DNA of 64,000 bases from an uncultured Myxococcales bacterium (GTDB lineage: Bacteria; Myxococcota_A; UBA9042; DTJE01). The notes beneath the pieces were generated by a model. That model was not told the origin of the DNA and did no database searches. It was given only the letters and a program-made list of their open reading frames with translations. Position 1 is the stretch's first letter; each line of letters begins with the position of its first letter. The translations under genes were made by a program, and so were the position numbers. The stretch is taken from positions 51,050-115,049 of the forward strand of contig CAIZWN010000071.1 in assembly GCA_903936705.1 (NCBI GenBank), in the 5' to 3' direction. Positions 55,492-64,000 of the stretch are shown here, in pieces.

Positions 55492-58017
55492 ATGCCCGTG
55501 GATCGTGTCGAGGTTCACAAGTTCGGCGGAACCAGTGTCGCAGGTGCCGACCGGATGGTTTCGGTGGCCAAGCTGGTGGTTGCGGCCATGGGAGAGGCTC
55601 GCGTCGTGGTCGTGACCTCGGCGATGGCCGGCGTTACTGACGCGCTGATGGCGATTGCGACAGTTGCCGGGACGGGAGATCGGGACGATGGCTTGCGTCG
55701 CGTTGATGCGATGTTGGCACGCCACCTGGAAGTTCTCTCGGCGCTGGATTCGTCCGATGCGGCCACTGATTTGGACCTGCGGCGGATTGCGTCCGAACTG
55801 TCGGACCTTGTGCGCGGGGCGTCGCTTCTTTGCGAGATGACTGCGCGGACGCGCGACCGGATGCTGGCCGCGGGCGAGAAGCTTGCCGTCCGGCTGCTGG
55901 CGGTTGCCTTGCGTTGTCAGGGCGTGCCAGCCCGAGCCCTGGATGCTGACGATTTCCTGGAGACCGACGACCGCTTTGGCGCGGCCAGTCCGCTGGCCGG
56001 GGTTGCAGATCGCAGCATGGCTAACGCTATTCGTCCGGTTCTGGCTGCCGGCGAAGTGCCCGTCGTCACGGGTTTTTGCGGGCGAGCCCCGGACGGTGCC
56101 ACCACTACCCTCGGGCGCGGTGGTTCGGACCTGTCGGCAACGCTTGTAGCCGCGGCCCTGGGCGCTGACGAGGTCACCATCTGGACCGACGTGGACGGCG
56201 TCTATGGTGCTGATCCGCGCATCGTGCCCGAGACGCGGACCATCCCCCAGTTGAACTATCGCGAAGCCGCCGAAATGTCATACTACGGCGCCAAGGTCCT
56301 GCATCAGCGCACGATGATTCCTGTCGCGTCTCGGGGCATTCCGGTGCGCGTTCGCAACTCTCTGTTGCCGTTTTCGGTTGGCACCATCGTGGACGGTCGG
56401 TTTACGCGCTTGTCGCATCCTGTGAAGGCAATTACTGCGGTTCGAGATCACTGCCTGGTGTCGGTCGAGGGCAAGGGCATGTCCGGTGTTCCTGGCGTGT
56501 CGGCGCGAGTGTTCCGTTCGCTGGCTGACAGGCAGATCAGCGTTACCATGATCAGCCAGTCGTCCTCCGAATCGTCCATCTGTCTGGCGGTACCGGCTGC
56601 CGATGCCGCCCTGGCCGAGGCGGCCTTGAAGCGCGAGTTTCGTGCCGACCTGTCGGCCGGGGACATCGAGGATGTCGTCGTTCGCCAGGGGGTCGGCCTT
56701 GTTGCTGCGGTAGGCATCGGGATGTCGCATACGCCGGGTGTGGCGGCCCGCCTGTTCGGCGCTCTTGGCGTGCGGGACGTCAATATCCTTGCGATGGCGC
56801 AGGGATCGTCTGAATTGAACATCTCGCTGGCCGTGACCGACGAAGACGTGGATGAAGCCGTTCGCGCAGTGCACCTGGAATTCGGCCTGCATCGGATCGA
56901 CGTCGGGGTGGATTCGCCCGCGGCGCTGGATCTTGTTGTGTTGGGCTGCGGAAAGGTCGGCAGGGCCCTCGTTCGGCTGGTCCTGGATCGCCAGGCTCAC
57001 GTGTTCGAGCGGTTCGGGCGAGAGGTGCGCATCGTTGCCATCGCCGATCGTTCGGGGTACATGCTCCGGCCGGCCGGGATTTCGCGCGAAGGACTCGAGG
57101 CTTTGATGTCAGCGAAAGCCGCAGGGCGGCACCTGGCGGATCTCGATGGCGCCGTTGCCACGTCCGAGCCCTTGGGTGTTGTTGCCGCTGCGCTGGCCTA
57201 CCGGCTGTCTCGACCGATCCTGATCGACGTGACTGATTGCGAGGGCAATGGCCCGGTCTTCCTGTCGGCATTCGCCTCGGGTTGCGATGTCGTGACCGCG
57301 AACAAGAAAGTCCTGGCCGGGACGCCGGATTCCTTCAAGAAATTGACCGCAGCCGCGGTGTCCGCAGGTCGGCTGGTCAAGGCTGAAGCTACGGTCGGGG
57401 CCGGCCTGCCGATTGTCGATACGCTTGAGATGCTGTTGGCTTCGGGCGACCGCCTGGTTCGTGCGGAAGGTGCGCTGTCCGGAACGCTGGGCTTCGTCAC
57501 GACGCGACTGGAGGAGGGCGTGCCGCTGTCCGAGGCAGTGGCCGAGGCGGCCGCTCTTGGATATACGGAACCGGACCCGGCCGAGGACTTGTCGGGTGCC
57601 GATGTTGCCAGGAAGGCTCTGATCCTTGGACGCCTGTCCGGCCTGGCGACAGATGTGCCTGTCAAACTGATCGGCCTGGTGGAGGATCTGCCGCTGGGTC
57701 TGGCTGCAGACGCCCTGTATGCCGCCCTGCGCAACAAGGATGCTGCAATGGCCGAACGTGTTGCCACTGCGCGCGACCAGGGGCGTCGGCTGCGTTTCCT
57801 GGCCAGCGTGCAGGCAGATTTGATCGAGGTGGGTCCGGTCGAGGTCCCGGTAGGTTCCCCGTTCGCCGGGCTGCGCGGCACCGACAACCAGATCGTGTTC
57901 GTTTCGGACCGATACCGAGACAGGCCGCTGGTGATTTCGGGTCCTGGCGCGGGCGTGGATGTGACGGCTATGGCGGTCCTGTGCGACGTGTTCCGTATTG
58001 CCGCGGAGAGACGCTGA
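55492..58017 (+). CDS. thrA: bifunctional aspartokinase / homoserine dehydrogenase
   Basis: VHKFGGTSV aspartokinase N-terminus, ACT region, then a homoserine dehydrogenase half (VVLGCGKVGRAL, ANKK, GAGLPIVDT). ATG at 55492. Confidence 0.93.
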   Translation: MPVDRVEVHKFGGTSVAGADRMVSVAKLVVAAMGEARVVVVTSAMAGVTDALMAIATVAGTGDRDDGLRRVDAMLARHLEVLSALDSSDAATDLDLRRIASELSDLVRGASLLCEMTARTRDRMLAAGEKLAVRLLAVALRCQGVPARALDADDFLETDDRFGAASPLAGVADRSMANAIRPVLAAGEVPVVTGFCGRAPDGATTTLGRGGSDLSATLVAAALGADEVTIWTDVDGVYGADPRIVPETRTIPQLNYREAAEMSYYGAKVLHQRTMIPVASRGIPVRVRNSLLPFSVGTIVDGRFTRLSHPVKAITAVRDHCLVSVEGKGMSGVPGVSARVFRSLADRQISVTMISQSSSESSICLAVPAADAALAEAALKREFRADLSAGDIEDVVVRQGVGLVAAVGIGMSHTPGVAARLFGALGVRDVNILAMAQGSSELNISLAVTDEDVDEAVRAVHLEFGLHRIDVGVDSPAALDLVVLGCGKVGRALVRLVLDRQAHVFERFGREVRIVAIADRSGYMLRPAGISREGLEALMSAKAAGRHLADLDGAVATSEPLGVVAAALAYRLSRPILIDVTDCEGNGPVFLSAFASGCDVVTANKKVLAGTPDSFKKLTAAAVSAGRLVKAEATVGAGLPIVDTLEMLLASGDRLVRAEGALSGTLGFVTTRLEEGVPLSEAVAEAAALGYTEPDPAEDLSGADVARKALILGRLSGLATDVPVKLIGLVEDLPLGLAADALYAALRNKDAAMAERVATARDQGRRLRFLASVQADLIEVGPVEVPVGSPFAGLRGTDNQIVFVSDRYRDRPLVISGPGAGVDVTAMAVLCDVFRIAAERR

Positions 58018-58970
58018 TGGAAGGGCAGGGGAGGGCGCGGCGCGATGCCGCCGAAGTGACGGCGTTCGCGCCGGCGACAGTGGCGAACCTGGGACTGGGG
58101 TTCGACGTCCTTGGTCTGGCACTTGCCGGACTGGGCGATCGCGTGACGGCGCGGCTGGTGCCTGGTACAGGCGTGCGGATGGGAAGCATTACCGGGGACG
58201 GCGGCGCCCTGCCGACCGAAGCCGCGCGTAATACCGCTGGAATCGCCGCGATAGCGACGTTGCGCAGGGCCGGCGTGCAGATTGGTGTCGAACTTGATCT
58301 GGCCAAGGGACTTCCTCTGGGCTCGGGGTTGGGCAGTTCGGCTTCCAGCGCTGCGGCTGCGGCTTTTGCCGTGAACCTGCTGGTCGGGTCGCCGTTGCGG
58401 AAGGCCGACCTGATCCTGCCTTGCGTTGAAGCCGAGGAAGCGGTGTCGGGGCGTCATGCCGACAACGTGGCGCCGGCGCTGCTGGGCGGGCTGGTCCTGG
58501 TGCGATCGGTGGACCCTCTGGACGTGGTGCGCCTGCCGGTGCCAGAAGGTCTGACCCTTGCCGTAGTCACGCCTGTCTTCGAACTTGCGACCCGCAAGGC
58601 GCGCGCAGTGTTGCCGAAGGAAGTGCCGCTGTCGTCGCATGTCAGCAATACGGCGAACCTGGCGGCCCTGGTCGCTGCCTTCTATGCCGAGGATCTGGCC
58701 CTGCTGGCCCGCTGCCTGCCGGACGCCATCGTCACTCCGGCCCGTGCCAGCCTGATCCCAGGCTGCATGGACGTGATTGATTCGGCACTGGAAGCCGGCG
58801 CCCTGGCCTCGTCAATCAGCGGGTCGGGACCGTCGATGTTCGCATTCTGTCGTTCCCAGCGCAGCGCCCGCGAAGTGGCTGCCGCAATGGGGGGGGCATT
58901 CACGCGCGCCGGCCTCGAGTGGTCCTCGGTGGTGTCTTCTGCCGACTGTCCTGGAGTGCGACGGGTTTGA
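58017..58970 (+). CDS. thrB: homoserine kinase
   Basis: APATVANLGLGFDVLG and GLPLGSGLGSSASSAAAAA (GHMP kinase motif). The ATG overlaps the thrA stop (TGATG). Confidence 0.92.
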   Translation: MEGQGRARRDAAEVTAFAPATVANLGLGFDVLGLALAGLGDRVTARLVPGTGVRMGSITGDGGALPTEAARNTAGIAAIATLRRAGVQIGVELDLAKGLPLGSGLGSSASSAAAAAFAVNLLVGSPLRKADLILPCVEAEEAVSGRHADNVAPALLGGLVLVRSVDPLDVVRLPVPEGLTLAVVTPVFELATRKARAVLPKEVPLSSHVSNTANLAALVAAFYAEDLALLARCLPDAIVTPARASLIPGCMDVIDSALEAGALASSISGSGPSMFAFCRSQRSAREVAAAMGGAFTRAGLEWSSVVSSADCPGVRRV

Positions 58971-59021
58971 TCGCTGACATCAGGGTCGCAAAAGGCCCGC
59001 AGACATTTTTTGAGGTGGACG

Positions 59022-60305
59022 ATGGTCGATGTGTCCTGGTCGTTGCGATGTGTTGATTGCGGCGCTGCGTGGGGAGGACTGGACGTGCGGTACCGCTGCG
59101 ATTGCGGTGGCACGCTGGATGTCATCCATGATCTCGAAGCGCTGAAGGGCCTACCGCTGATGCAGACCTTTGATGAGCGGCGTGCCTCCCGGGACAGGCT
59201 GGATCGGTCGGGGGTCTGGCGTTTCCGCGAACTGGTGCTGCCCCTGGACCAGGCCTTCGTGACGACTCGGCCCGAGGGCAACACCGGGCTGTACGACTCG
59301 CCGCGCGTCGCGTCATTCGCTGGTCTGGCCAGCTTTCCACTGAAGCACGAAGGCGAGAATCCAACAGGATCGTTCAAGGACCGTGGAATGACGGTCGGCA
59401 TCAGCATAGCCCGGCGGCTGGGCATGACCCGGGTCGCCTGCGCATCCACCGGGAACACCTCGGCGTCGATGGCCGCTTATGCGGCGATGGCCGGCATGGA
59501 GGCATTCGTCTTCATTCCCGACGGAGCCGTGGCTGCCGGCAAGCTGTCCCAGGCCCTCGCATACGGCGCCCGCACCCTGATGATTGCCGGTGATTTTGAT
59601 GTCGCCATGGATCGCGTGCAGGAGGTCTGCCGGCTGGAGGGGATCTACCTTCTGAACTCGATCAACCCCTACAGGATCGAGGGTCAGAAGGCGATTGCCT
59701 TCGAATTGCTGCAGGACCTTGGCTGGCAGGTGCCCGACTGGATTGTCCTGCCGGGTGGAAACCTTGGCAACAGCAGCGCGATCGCGAAGGGCCTGGGCGA
59801 GCTGCGTCAGATGGGCCTCATCCCCAGGATGCCGCGCCTGGCCGTGATCCAGGCCGAGGGTGCCAGTCCGTTGTACGAGGCGGTGCGCGACGGGTGCGAC
59901 CTTGTGCCGTTTCCGAAGGCATCGACCATCGCCACCGCGATTCGCATCGGCAACCCAGTGTCGTGGCGCAAGTGCCTGCGCGGACTGGTGGCCAGTGGTG
60001 GCGTCGTCGAACGCGTTACTGACGCCGAGATCCTGGACGCAAAGGCTGTCGTGGACGCCTCTGGAATCGGCGCCGAACCGGCTTCATGCGCAACCGTCGC
60101 CGGCGCACGCAAACTGGTCAAGGCCGGCGTCATCGGCCATGACGAAACCGTGTGCGGCATCCTGACCGGTCACGTACTGAAGGATGCCGATACCGCTGCC
60201 GGCTACCACATGGGAACCCTGTCCGGCATCGACGCCCAACGCGCCAACCCCCCGGTCAGGGTCTCGGCCGACATTGACGCGCTGCGCGCCGCGTTGAGCC
60301 GGTAG
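59022..60305 (+). CDS. thrC: threonine synthase
   Basis: N-terminal Cys cluster (CVDCGAAW...CDCGG), PTGSFKDRG (PLP lysine), GNLGN. ATG at 59022 with a GAGGTGG RBS. Confidence 0.93.
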   Translation: MVDVSWSLRCVDCGAAWGGLDVRYRCDCGGTLDVIHDLEALKGLPLMQTFDERRASRDRLDRSGVWRFRELVLPLDQAFVTTRPEGNTGLYDSPRVASFAGLASFPLKHEGENPTGSFKDRGMTVGISIARRLGMTRVACASTGNTSASMAAYAAMAGMEAFVFIPDGAVAAGKLSQALAYGARTLMIAGDFDVAMDRVQEVCRLEGIYLLNSINPYRIEGQKAIAFELLQDLGWQVPDWIVLPGGNLGNSSAIAKGLGELRQMGLIPRMPRLAVIQAEGASPLYEAVRDGCDLVPFPKASTIATAIRIGNPVSWRKCLRGLVASGGVVERVTDAEILDAKAVVDASGIGAEPASCATVAGARKLVKAGVIGHDETVCGILTGHVLKDADTAAGYHMGTLSGIDAQRANPPVRVSADIDALRAALSR

Positions 60306-60449
60306 GTCTAATAAGACGCAAGGTTGGCAAGGATAGTAAGGGCGGACGTATGCTTGTCCTTTCTCGCGCTGCTGTGGCAGCATGGGTGATGTGTCCATTT
60401 TTGGAATGTAAGGCCAGTTGGGTCGCTATCTGAACGGCTTTGAGCGTAA

Positions 60450-60665
60450 CACACTGTCCGAAAAGCCGGGTCCACTTCACCATCCACAGTCACTGTTTCT
60501 AACCCTGACCACAGTCGAGGAGAGGTTCGCCTCGTTACCATTGGCAGGACGCCGACAGGCGTTACTCTGGTTGTGGTCCACACGGAAAGAGGCGACACTA
60601 TTCGAGTCATCAGCGCTCGTCGGGCAACCAGACGAGAGGTGAGAACGTATGGCGAAGAACAATAG
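60450..60665 (+). pseudogene. BrnT-like (DUF497) toxin remnant: only the C-terminal ~70 codons are intact
   Basis: Manual translation: ...VSNPDHSRGEVRLVTIGRTPTGVTLVVVHTERGDTIRVISARRATRREVRTYGEEQ*. In-frame stop at 60447-60449 and no start codon before the conserved core. N-terminal-like fragments lie in other frames. The 3' end overlaps the next gene by 17 nt. Confidence 0.6.
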
Positions 60666-60885
60666 CACCGTCGAATCCGACATGAGGCCCGAGTACGATT
60701 TCTCGGGCGGTATTCGAGGAAAGTACGCTGGTCATTATTCCCATGGCACCAACCTTGTCGTCATCGAGCCCGACCTAGTGAAGGTCTTTCCCGACTCCAA
60801 GTCGGTCAATGAGGCTCTTCGTCTTTTGGCCGACCTCGCCAAGAAGCAGACTCGCAGGTCTTCGAGGCAGGCTTCCTCGAAGTAG
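60649..60885 (+). CDS. putative antitoxin (small protein with EYDFSGGIRGKY motif)
   Basis: The RPEYDFSGGIRGKY... pattern followed by ...IEPDLVKVFPDSKSVNEALRLL recurs in small antitoxin-like proteins. Its position, overlapping the BrnT remnant, fits a toxin-first TA pair. Confidence 0.55.
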   Translation: MAKNNSTVESDMRPEYDFSGGIRGKYAGHYSHGTNLVVIEPDLVKVFPDSKSVNEALRLLADLAKKQTRRSSRQASSK

Positions 60886-60966
60886 GTCATGGCTGTCCCT
60901 CCTCAATAGTCCGTCCGCGTTGAATTGCTTGTATTTTACGACCCTCGCCAAGTAGCCTGCCCAACC

Positions 60967-61260
60967 ATGAATCGACTTATCCAGGCACTGTTCAGTTTGG
61001 CCATAGCGACGTTCAAGACCCGGGAGGACCTGGTCCTCGAAAACCTCGCGCTCCACCAGCAGATCGAGATCCTCCAGAGGACCGGCCGACGGCCAAGGGC
61101 GACGAGGGCCGACCGGGTGTTCTGGGTCGCACTTTCGAAGGTCTGGTCAGGCTGGCGGGATGCGCTCGTAGTCTTCACGCCCGCGACAGTCGTCGGCTGG
61201 CATCGAAAGGGCTTCAATTTGTTCTGGAGCTGGAAGATGCCGTTCGCCATGGGCAGGTAG
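60967..61260 (+). mobile_element. 5' fragment of an integrase-core (rve-type) IS transposase gene, truncated
   Basis: LVLENLALHQQIEILQRTGRRPRATRADRVFWVALSKVWSGWRDALVVFTPATVVGWHRKGFNLFWSWK is the typical N-terminal region of this transposase family. The ORF stops after ~98 aa, with no catalytic domain and no inverted repeats identified. Confidence 0.6.
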
Positions 61261-61388
61261 GTCTCATGAAGGAATTCGTCTTCGAGTCGATATCCTGGTA
61301 GCAGCTGGTCTGACACGTCTCGCGAACATACCCTCATCAGTTGACAGCAGTTGTTGAGGTATTGTTCTTCGTGCGGTAGGATTGCCTC

Positions 61389-61991
61389 ATGTCTGCCGAC
61401 TCGGCAACCAAGACCCTGCAGCTGCTCTCGAAGCGTGGTGTCCTTCGCCCGTGCGAACTGGCCGAGCTTGGCATCCCCCGTGCGGTGGTGTGGCGGCTGT
61501 GGCGCCAGGGACGAGTCGAGCGGTCCGGACGCGGGCTATACCGGGCGTCGGGCGCGTCCGTGACGGAGCACCGTTCGCTGGCCGAGGTCGGAAAGCGCGC
61601 GCCACAGGGCGTGCTCTGCCTGCTGTCCGCCCTCCAGTTCCACGGAATCGGAACGCAGGCACCCGGGGAAGTCTGGCTGGCGCTAGCGCGAGGCGCATGG
61701 AAACCCCGGATCGAGTGGCCCCCGCTGCGAGTGGTCCGCCTGACCGGGACCGCTTTCACTGCCCTGGCCGAGCGGCACGTCGTCGAGGGCGTGACCGTCC
61801 AAGTGTATTCCCCTGCAAAGACCGTTGCCGACTGCTTCAGGTTTAGGAACAGGATCGGGCTCGACGTGGCCATGGAGGCCCTGCGAGACGTGTGGCACAG
61901 CCATCGTTGCACGATGGATCAACTTTGGGAGGCTGCGCGGGTGTGCCGCGTGGCCACAGTGATGCGCCCCTACCTGGAGTCGCTGACGTGA
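61389..61991 (+). CDS. AbiEi-family antitoxin / transcriptional regulator (type IV TA)
   Basis: LLSKRGVLRPCELAELGIPRAVVWRLWRQGRVERSGRGLYR (wHTH) plus the AbiEi C-terminal part (VLCLLSALQFHGIGTQ..., VQVYSPAKTVADCFRFRN). 200 aa. Confidence 0.75.
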   Translation: MSADSATKTLQLLSKRGVLRPCELAELGIPRAVVWRLWRQGRVERSGRGLYRASGASVTEHRSLAEVGKRAPQGVLCLLSALQFHGIGTQAPGEVWLALARGAWKPRIEWPPLRVVRLTGTAFTALAERHVVEGVTVQVYSPAKTVADCFRFRNRIGLDVAMEALRDVWHSHRCTMDQLWEAARVCRVATVMRPYLESLT

Positions 61992-62191
61992 CCACGGACG
62001 GTCCTCGCAACATAGCGGCGTCGATCCACGATCGCCTGCTGGCGGTCGCGAAGGCGCAGGCCGAAGATTTCCAAAGACTGCTGGGCCGGTACGGCATGGA
62101 GCGCTTCCTGTACCGCCTCGGTGCTTCAGGCGAGCAGGATCGGTTCGTCCTGAAAGGCGCCAACGACGCGCCCTACCCCACAAAAGTTTGA
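61988..62191 (+). pseudogene. AbiEii/AbiGii nucleotidyltransferase toxin, truncated to its first ~67 codons
   Basis: GTG overlaps the AbiEi stop (GTGA). ASIHDRLLAVAKAQAEDFQRLLGRYGMERFLYRLGASGEQDRFVLKGA matches the toxin N-terminus. The frame then ends, where full-length toxins are several-fold longer. Confidence 0.65.
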
Positions 62192-62241
62192 CCAATCCCC
62201 GACCACAGGGTGACCGGAATGGGCAAAATGGGCAAAAGAAG

Positions 62242-63774
62242 TCACCCGTTGGGGCCGGCCAGGGGATCCTCGTCGACAATGCCGGCTTGGCGGCGCTTGG
62301 CCATCACGCTGTGGCGTCGGCCGTATACGAAGTAGATCAGCAGTCCGATTGTCAGCCAGACCCCCAGGCGCAGCCAGTTCTCGACTGGAAGCGAGAACAT
62401 CAGCACCAGGCACATCAAGATTCCCATGATGGGGACCAGGGGCGAGAAGGGAACCCGGAACGGGCGTCGTGCGTTCGGGTGCGTCTTGCGCATGATAAGG
62501 ACCGCTACGCACACAAGAACGAAGGCCAGCAGGGTACCGATGTTGACCAGTTCGGCCAGCACGCGCAACGGGATGAAGCCGCCGGTTGCGGCGACGAAGA
62601 ACCCGACCAGGATGGTGGACTTCCAGGGTGTTCGGAAGCGCTCGTGGATTGCGCCGAAGAAACTGGGTGGTACCAGGCCGTCGCGTGCCATTGCCAGGAA
62701 CACCCGGGGCTGACTCAGCATCATCACCAGCAGCACCGAGGTGATTCCGGTCAGGGCTCCGATGGCCACCAGCAACTGTGCCCAGGGCAGCCCAACACTG
62801 GCGAACGCCGCCGAAACCGGGGCGTCGATGTCGATCTGGTCGTACGGGACCATGCCTGTCAGTACCGCTGCCACGGCGATGTAGAGGACGGTGCTGATCA
62901 ACAGCGATGCGATGATGCCGATTGGCACGTCGCGAGAAGGGTTTTTTGCCTCCTCGGAGTGCGTCGAAACCGAGTCGAACCCGATGTATGCAAAGAAGAT
63001 CATCGCAGCGCCAGCCAGCATTCCCAGCGGCTCGCCACCGTTGCCGGTCTGGCCCGCGATTGTGTGTCCGAACAGGCTCAATCCACCCAAGCCGAAGGGC
63101 GCAAAGGGCTCCCAATTGGCCGGGTCGACGTAGAACGCTCCAACGACGATGACGAACAACACGATGAACAGCTTGACGATGACCATGCCAGCGTTGAAGT
63201 TGGCGCTCTCCTTGATGCCCTTGACCAGGACTGCGGTCACCACCAGCGCGATGATGACGGCTGGCAGGTCAACGATTGACCCGGTGGCAACCAGTTGTCC
63301 GGCAACCGGGTCGTAGTCGAACGGGGCCAGCGCAATTGCCTTTGGCAGGTGGATGTTCGCCATGCCCAGCAGGTTCTGGAAGTAGTGCGACCAGCCATGC
63401 GCCACCGTGCCCGATGCGACGGCGTATTCGAGGATCAGGTCCCAACCGATTATCCAGGCGAACAGTTCGCCCAGTGTGGCGTAGGCGTAGGTGTACGCTG
63501 ATCCTGCGATGGGCACCATCGATGCGAATTCCGCGTAGCACAATGCCGCGAAAATACAGGTGACACCCGACGTTGCCAGCGACAGCATCAGCGACGGCCC
63601 GGCCTTGTCATGGGCTGCGATGCCGGTCAGCACGAAGATGCCGGTCCCGATAATCGCCCCGATGCCCAGGCTGGACAGGGCTACCGGGCCCAGCACGCGC
63701 CGCAGCCGGTTCTCGCCCTTCATCTCCTCCATCAGCAGCGACAATGGTTTACGGGTGAACAGTGGATGCGCCAC
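62242..63774 (-). CDS. APC-superfamily amino acid permease (cationic amino acid transporter-like)
   Basis: RVLGPVALSSLGIGAIIGTGIFVLTG N-terminal signature and ~13-14 TM segments. 510 aa. Confidence 0.9.
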   Translation of the reverse strand: MAHPLFTRKPLSLLMEEMKGENRLRRVLGPVALSSLGIGAIIGTGIFVLTGIAAHDKAGPSLMLSLATSGVTCIFAALCYAEFASMVPIAGSAYTYAYATLGELFAWIIGWDLILEYAVASGTVAHGWSHYFQNLLGMANIHLPKAIALAPFDYDPVAGQLVATGSIVDLPAVIIALVVTAVLVKGIKESANFNAGMVIVKLFIVLFVIVVGAFYVDPANWEPFAPFGLGGLSLFGHTIAGQTGNGGEPLGMLAGAAMIFFAYIGFDSVSTHSEEAKNPSRDVPIGIIASLLISTVLYIAVAAVLTGMVPYDQIDIDAPVSAAFASVGLPWAQLLVAIGALTGITSVLLVMMLSQPRVFLAMARDGLVPPSFFGAIHERFRTPWKSTILVGFFVAATGGFIPLRVLAELVNIGTLLAFVLVCVAVLIMRKTHPNARRPFRVPFSPLVPIMGILMCLVLMFSLPVENWLRLGVWLTIGLLIYFVYGRRHSVMAKRRQAGIVDEDPLAGPNG

Positions 63775-64000
63775 GCTGACCCCCGGTCAAGTTGAAGAAA
63801 ATCACCGGCGAATTCGAACCTGATCACGTTCTTCTGTCAACCGTGTGTCTCACCCCCAGGCCCATCCATCCCCATCGTGCCCGAGGCGTCCCACGCTCGT
63901 TTGCCCTTCACCGTCGTAACTACCATGTCCACGTTGACGCATGGCCGGCTTGTCGCGTATTATTCCGCCCCGCGTTTCCCGGTGAGACGCGGCCTGGCAT

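Noticed and set aside
57109-58640. Minus-strand ORFs 57109..58122 and 57198..58640
   Set aside because: They are antisense to thrA and thrB and are Arg-rich shadow ORFs.
62126-63279. ORFs 62126..63115 (-, off-frame) and 62188..63279 (+)
   Set aside because: They overlap the permease gene in other frames or on the other strand. Only the 62242..63774 frame gives a polytopic APC transporter sequence.
63805-63830. tRNA-like GGTTCGAAT T-loop motif (minus strand)
   Set aside because: The flanking bases cannot form a T-stem, and no acceptor or anticodon arms could be built. I did not find any convincing tRNA in the window.

Overview
High-GC bacterial chromosomal window, mostly core metabolism. Several markers suggest Myxococcota or a relative: a MYXO-CTERM-like sorting tail, thrombospondin type-3 repeats, Asp/Cys-rich DCDD...DxDC motifs, and zinc-ribbon and GYF/TPR membrane proteins. 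This taxonomic call is inference. Gene order along the window: a beta-oxidation pair (FadN-type dehydrogenase/hydratase, partial at the 5' edge, plus thiolase); a divergent radical-SAM pair, one member being a 1112-aa ferredoxin-carbamoyltransferase-radical-SAM fusion; an F-type ATPase operon b'-b-delta-alpha-gamma-beta-epsilon on the minus strand; a divergent Fe-S pair (ApbC/Mrp carrier and NifS/IscS-like cysteine desulfurase); a metallophosphoesterase; a partial complex I cluster nuoE-F-J-K-L-M-N; a thrombospondin-repeat lipoprotein; a ceramidase-like lipoprotein; ftsK. Then comes a tightly packed plus-strand run: zinc-ribbon membrane protein, GYF/TPR membrane protein, double radical-SAM protein, radical-SAM protein and methyltransferase. 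Next are an orphan GspE/PilB-type ATPase with a cNMP-binding N-terminus, a membrane sulfatase-family protein, vapBC, and a 1114-aa beta-helix/collagen-like/MYXO-CTERM surface protein with nested repeats. These are followed by an FG-GAP lipoprotein, an unlisted Pmp3/YqaE mini-gene, thrS, small genes, a second thiolase, and thrA-thrB-thrC. A roughly 1.9-kb islet of decayed toxin-antitoxin and IS remnants follows, then an APC amino-acid permease. I saw no rRNA, tRNA or CRISPR. The best candidate for an undescribed system is a family of four paralogous radical-SAM domains split over two loci (3.5-8.0 kb and 34.7-38.9 kb). They are combined with a carbamoyltransferase, a ferredoxin, a B12-like radical-SAM half and a methyltransferase. 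No substrate or precursor gene is evident. Many long ORFs in the track are antisense shadow ORFs typical of high-GC DNA and were rejected.
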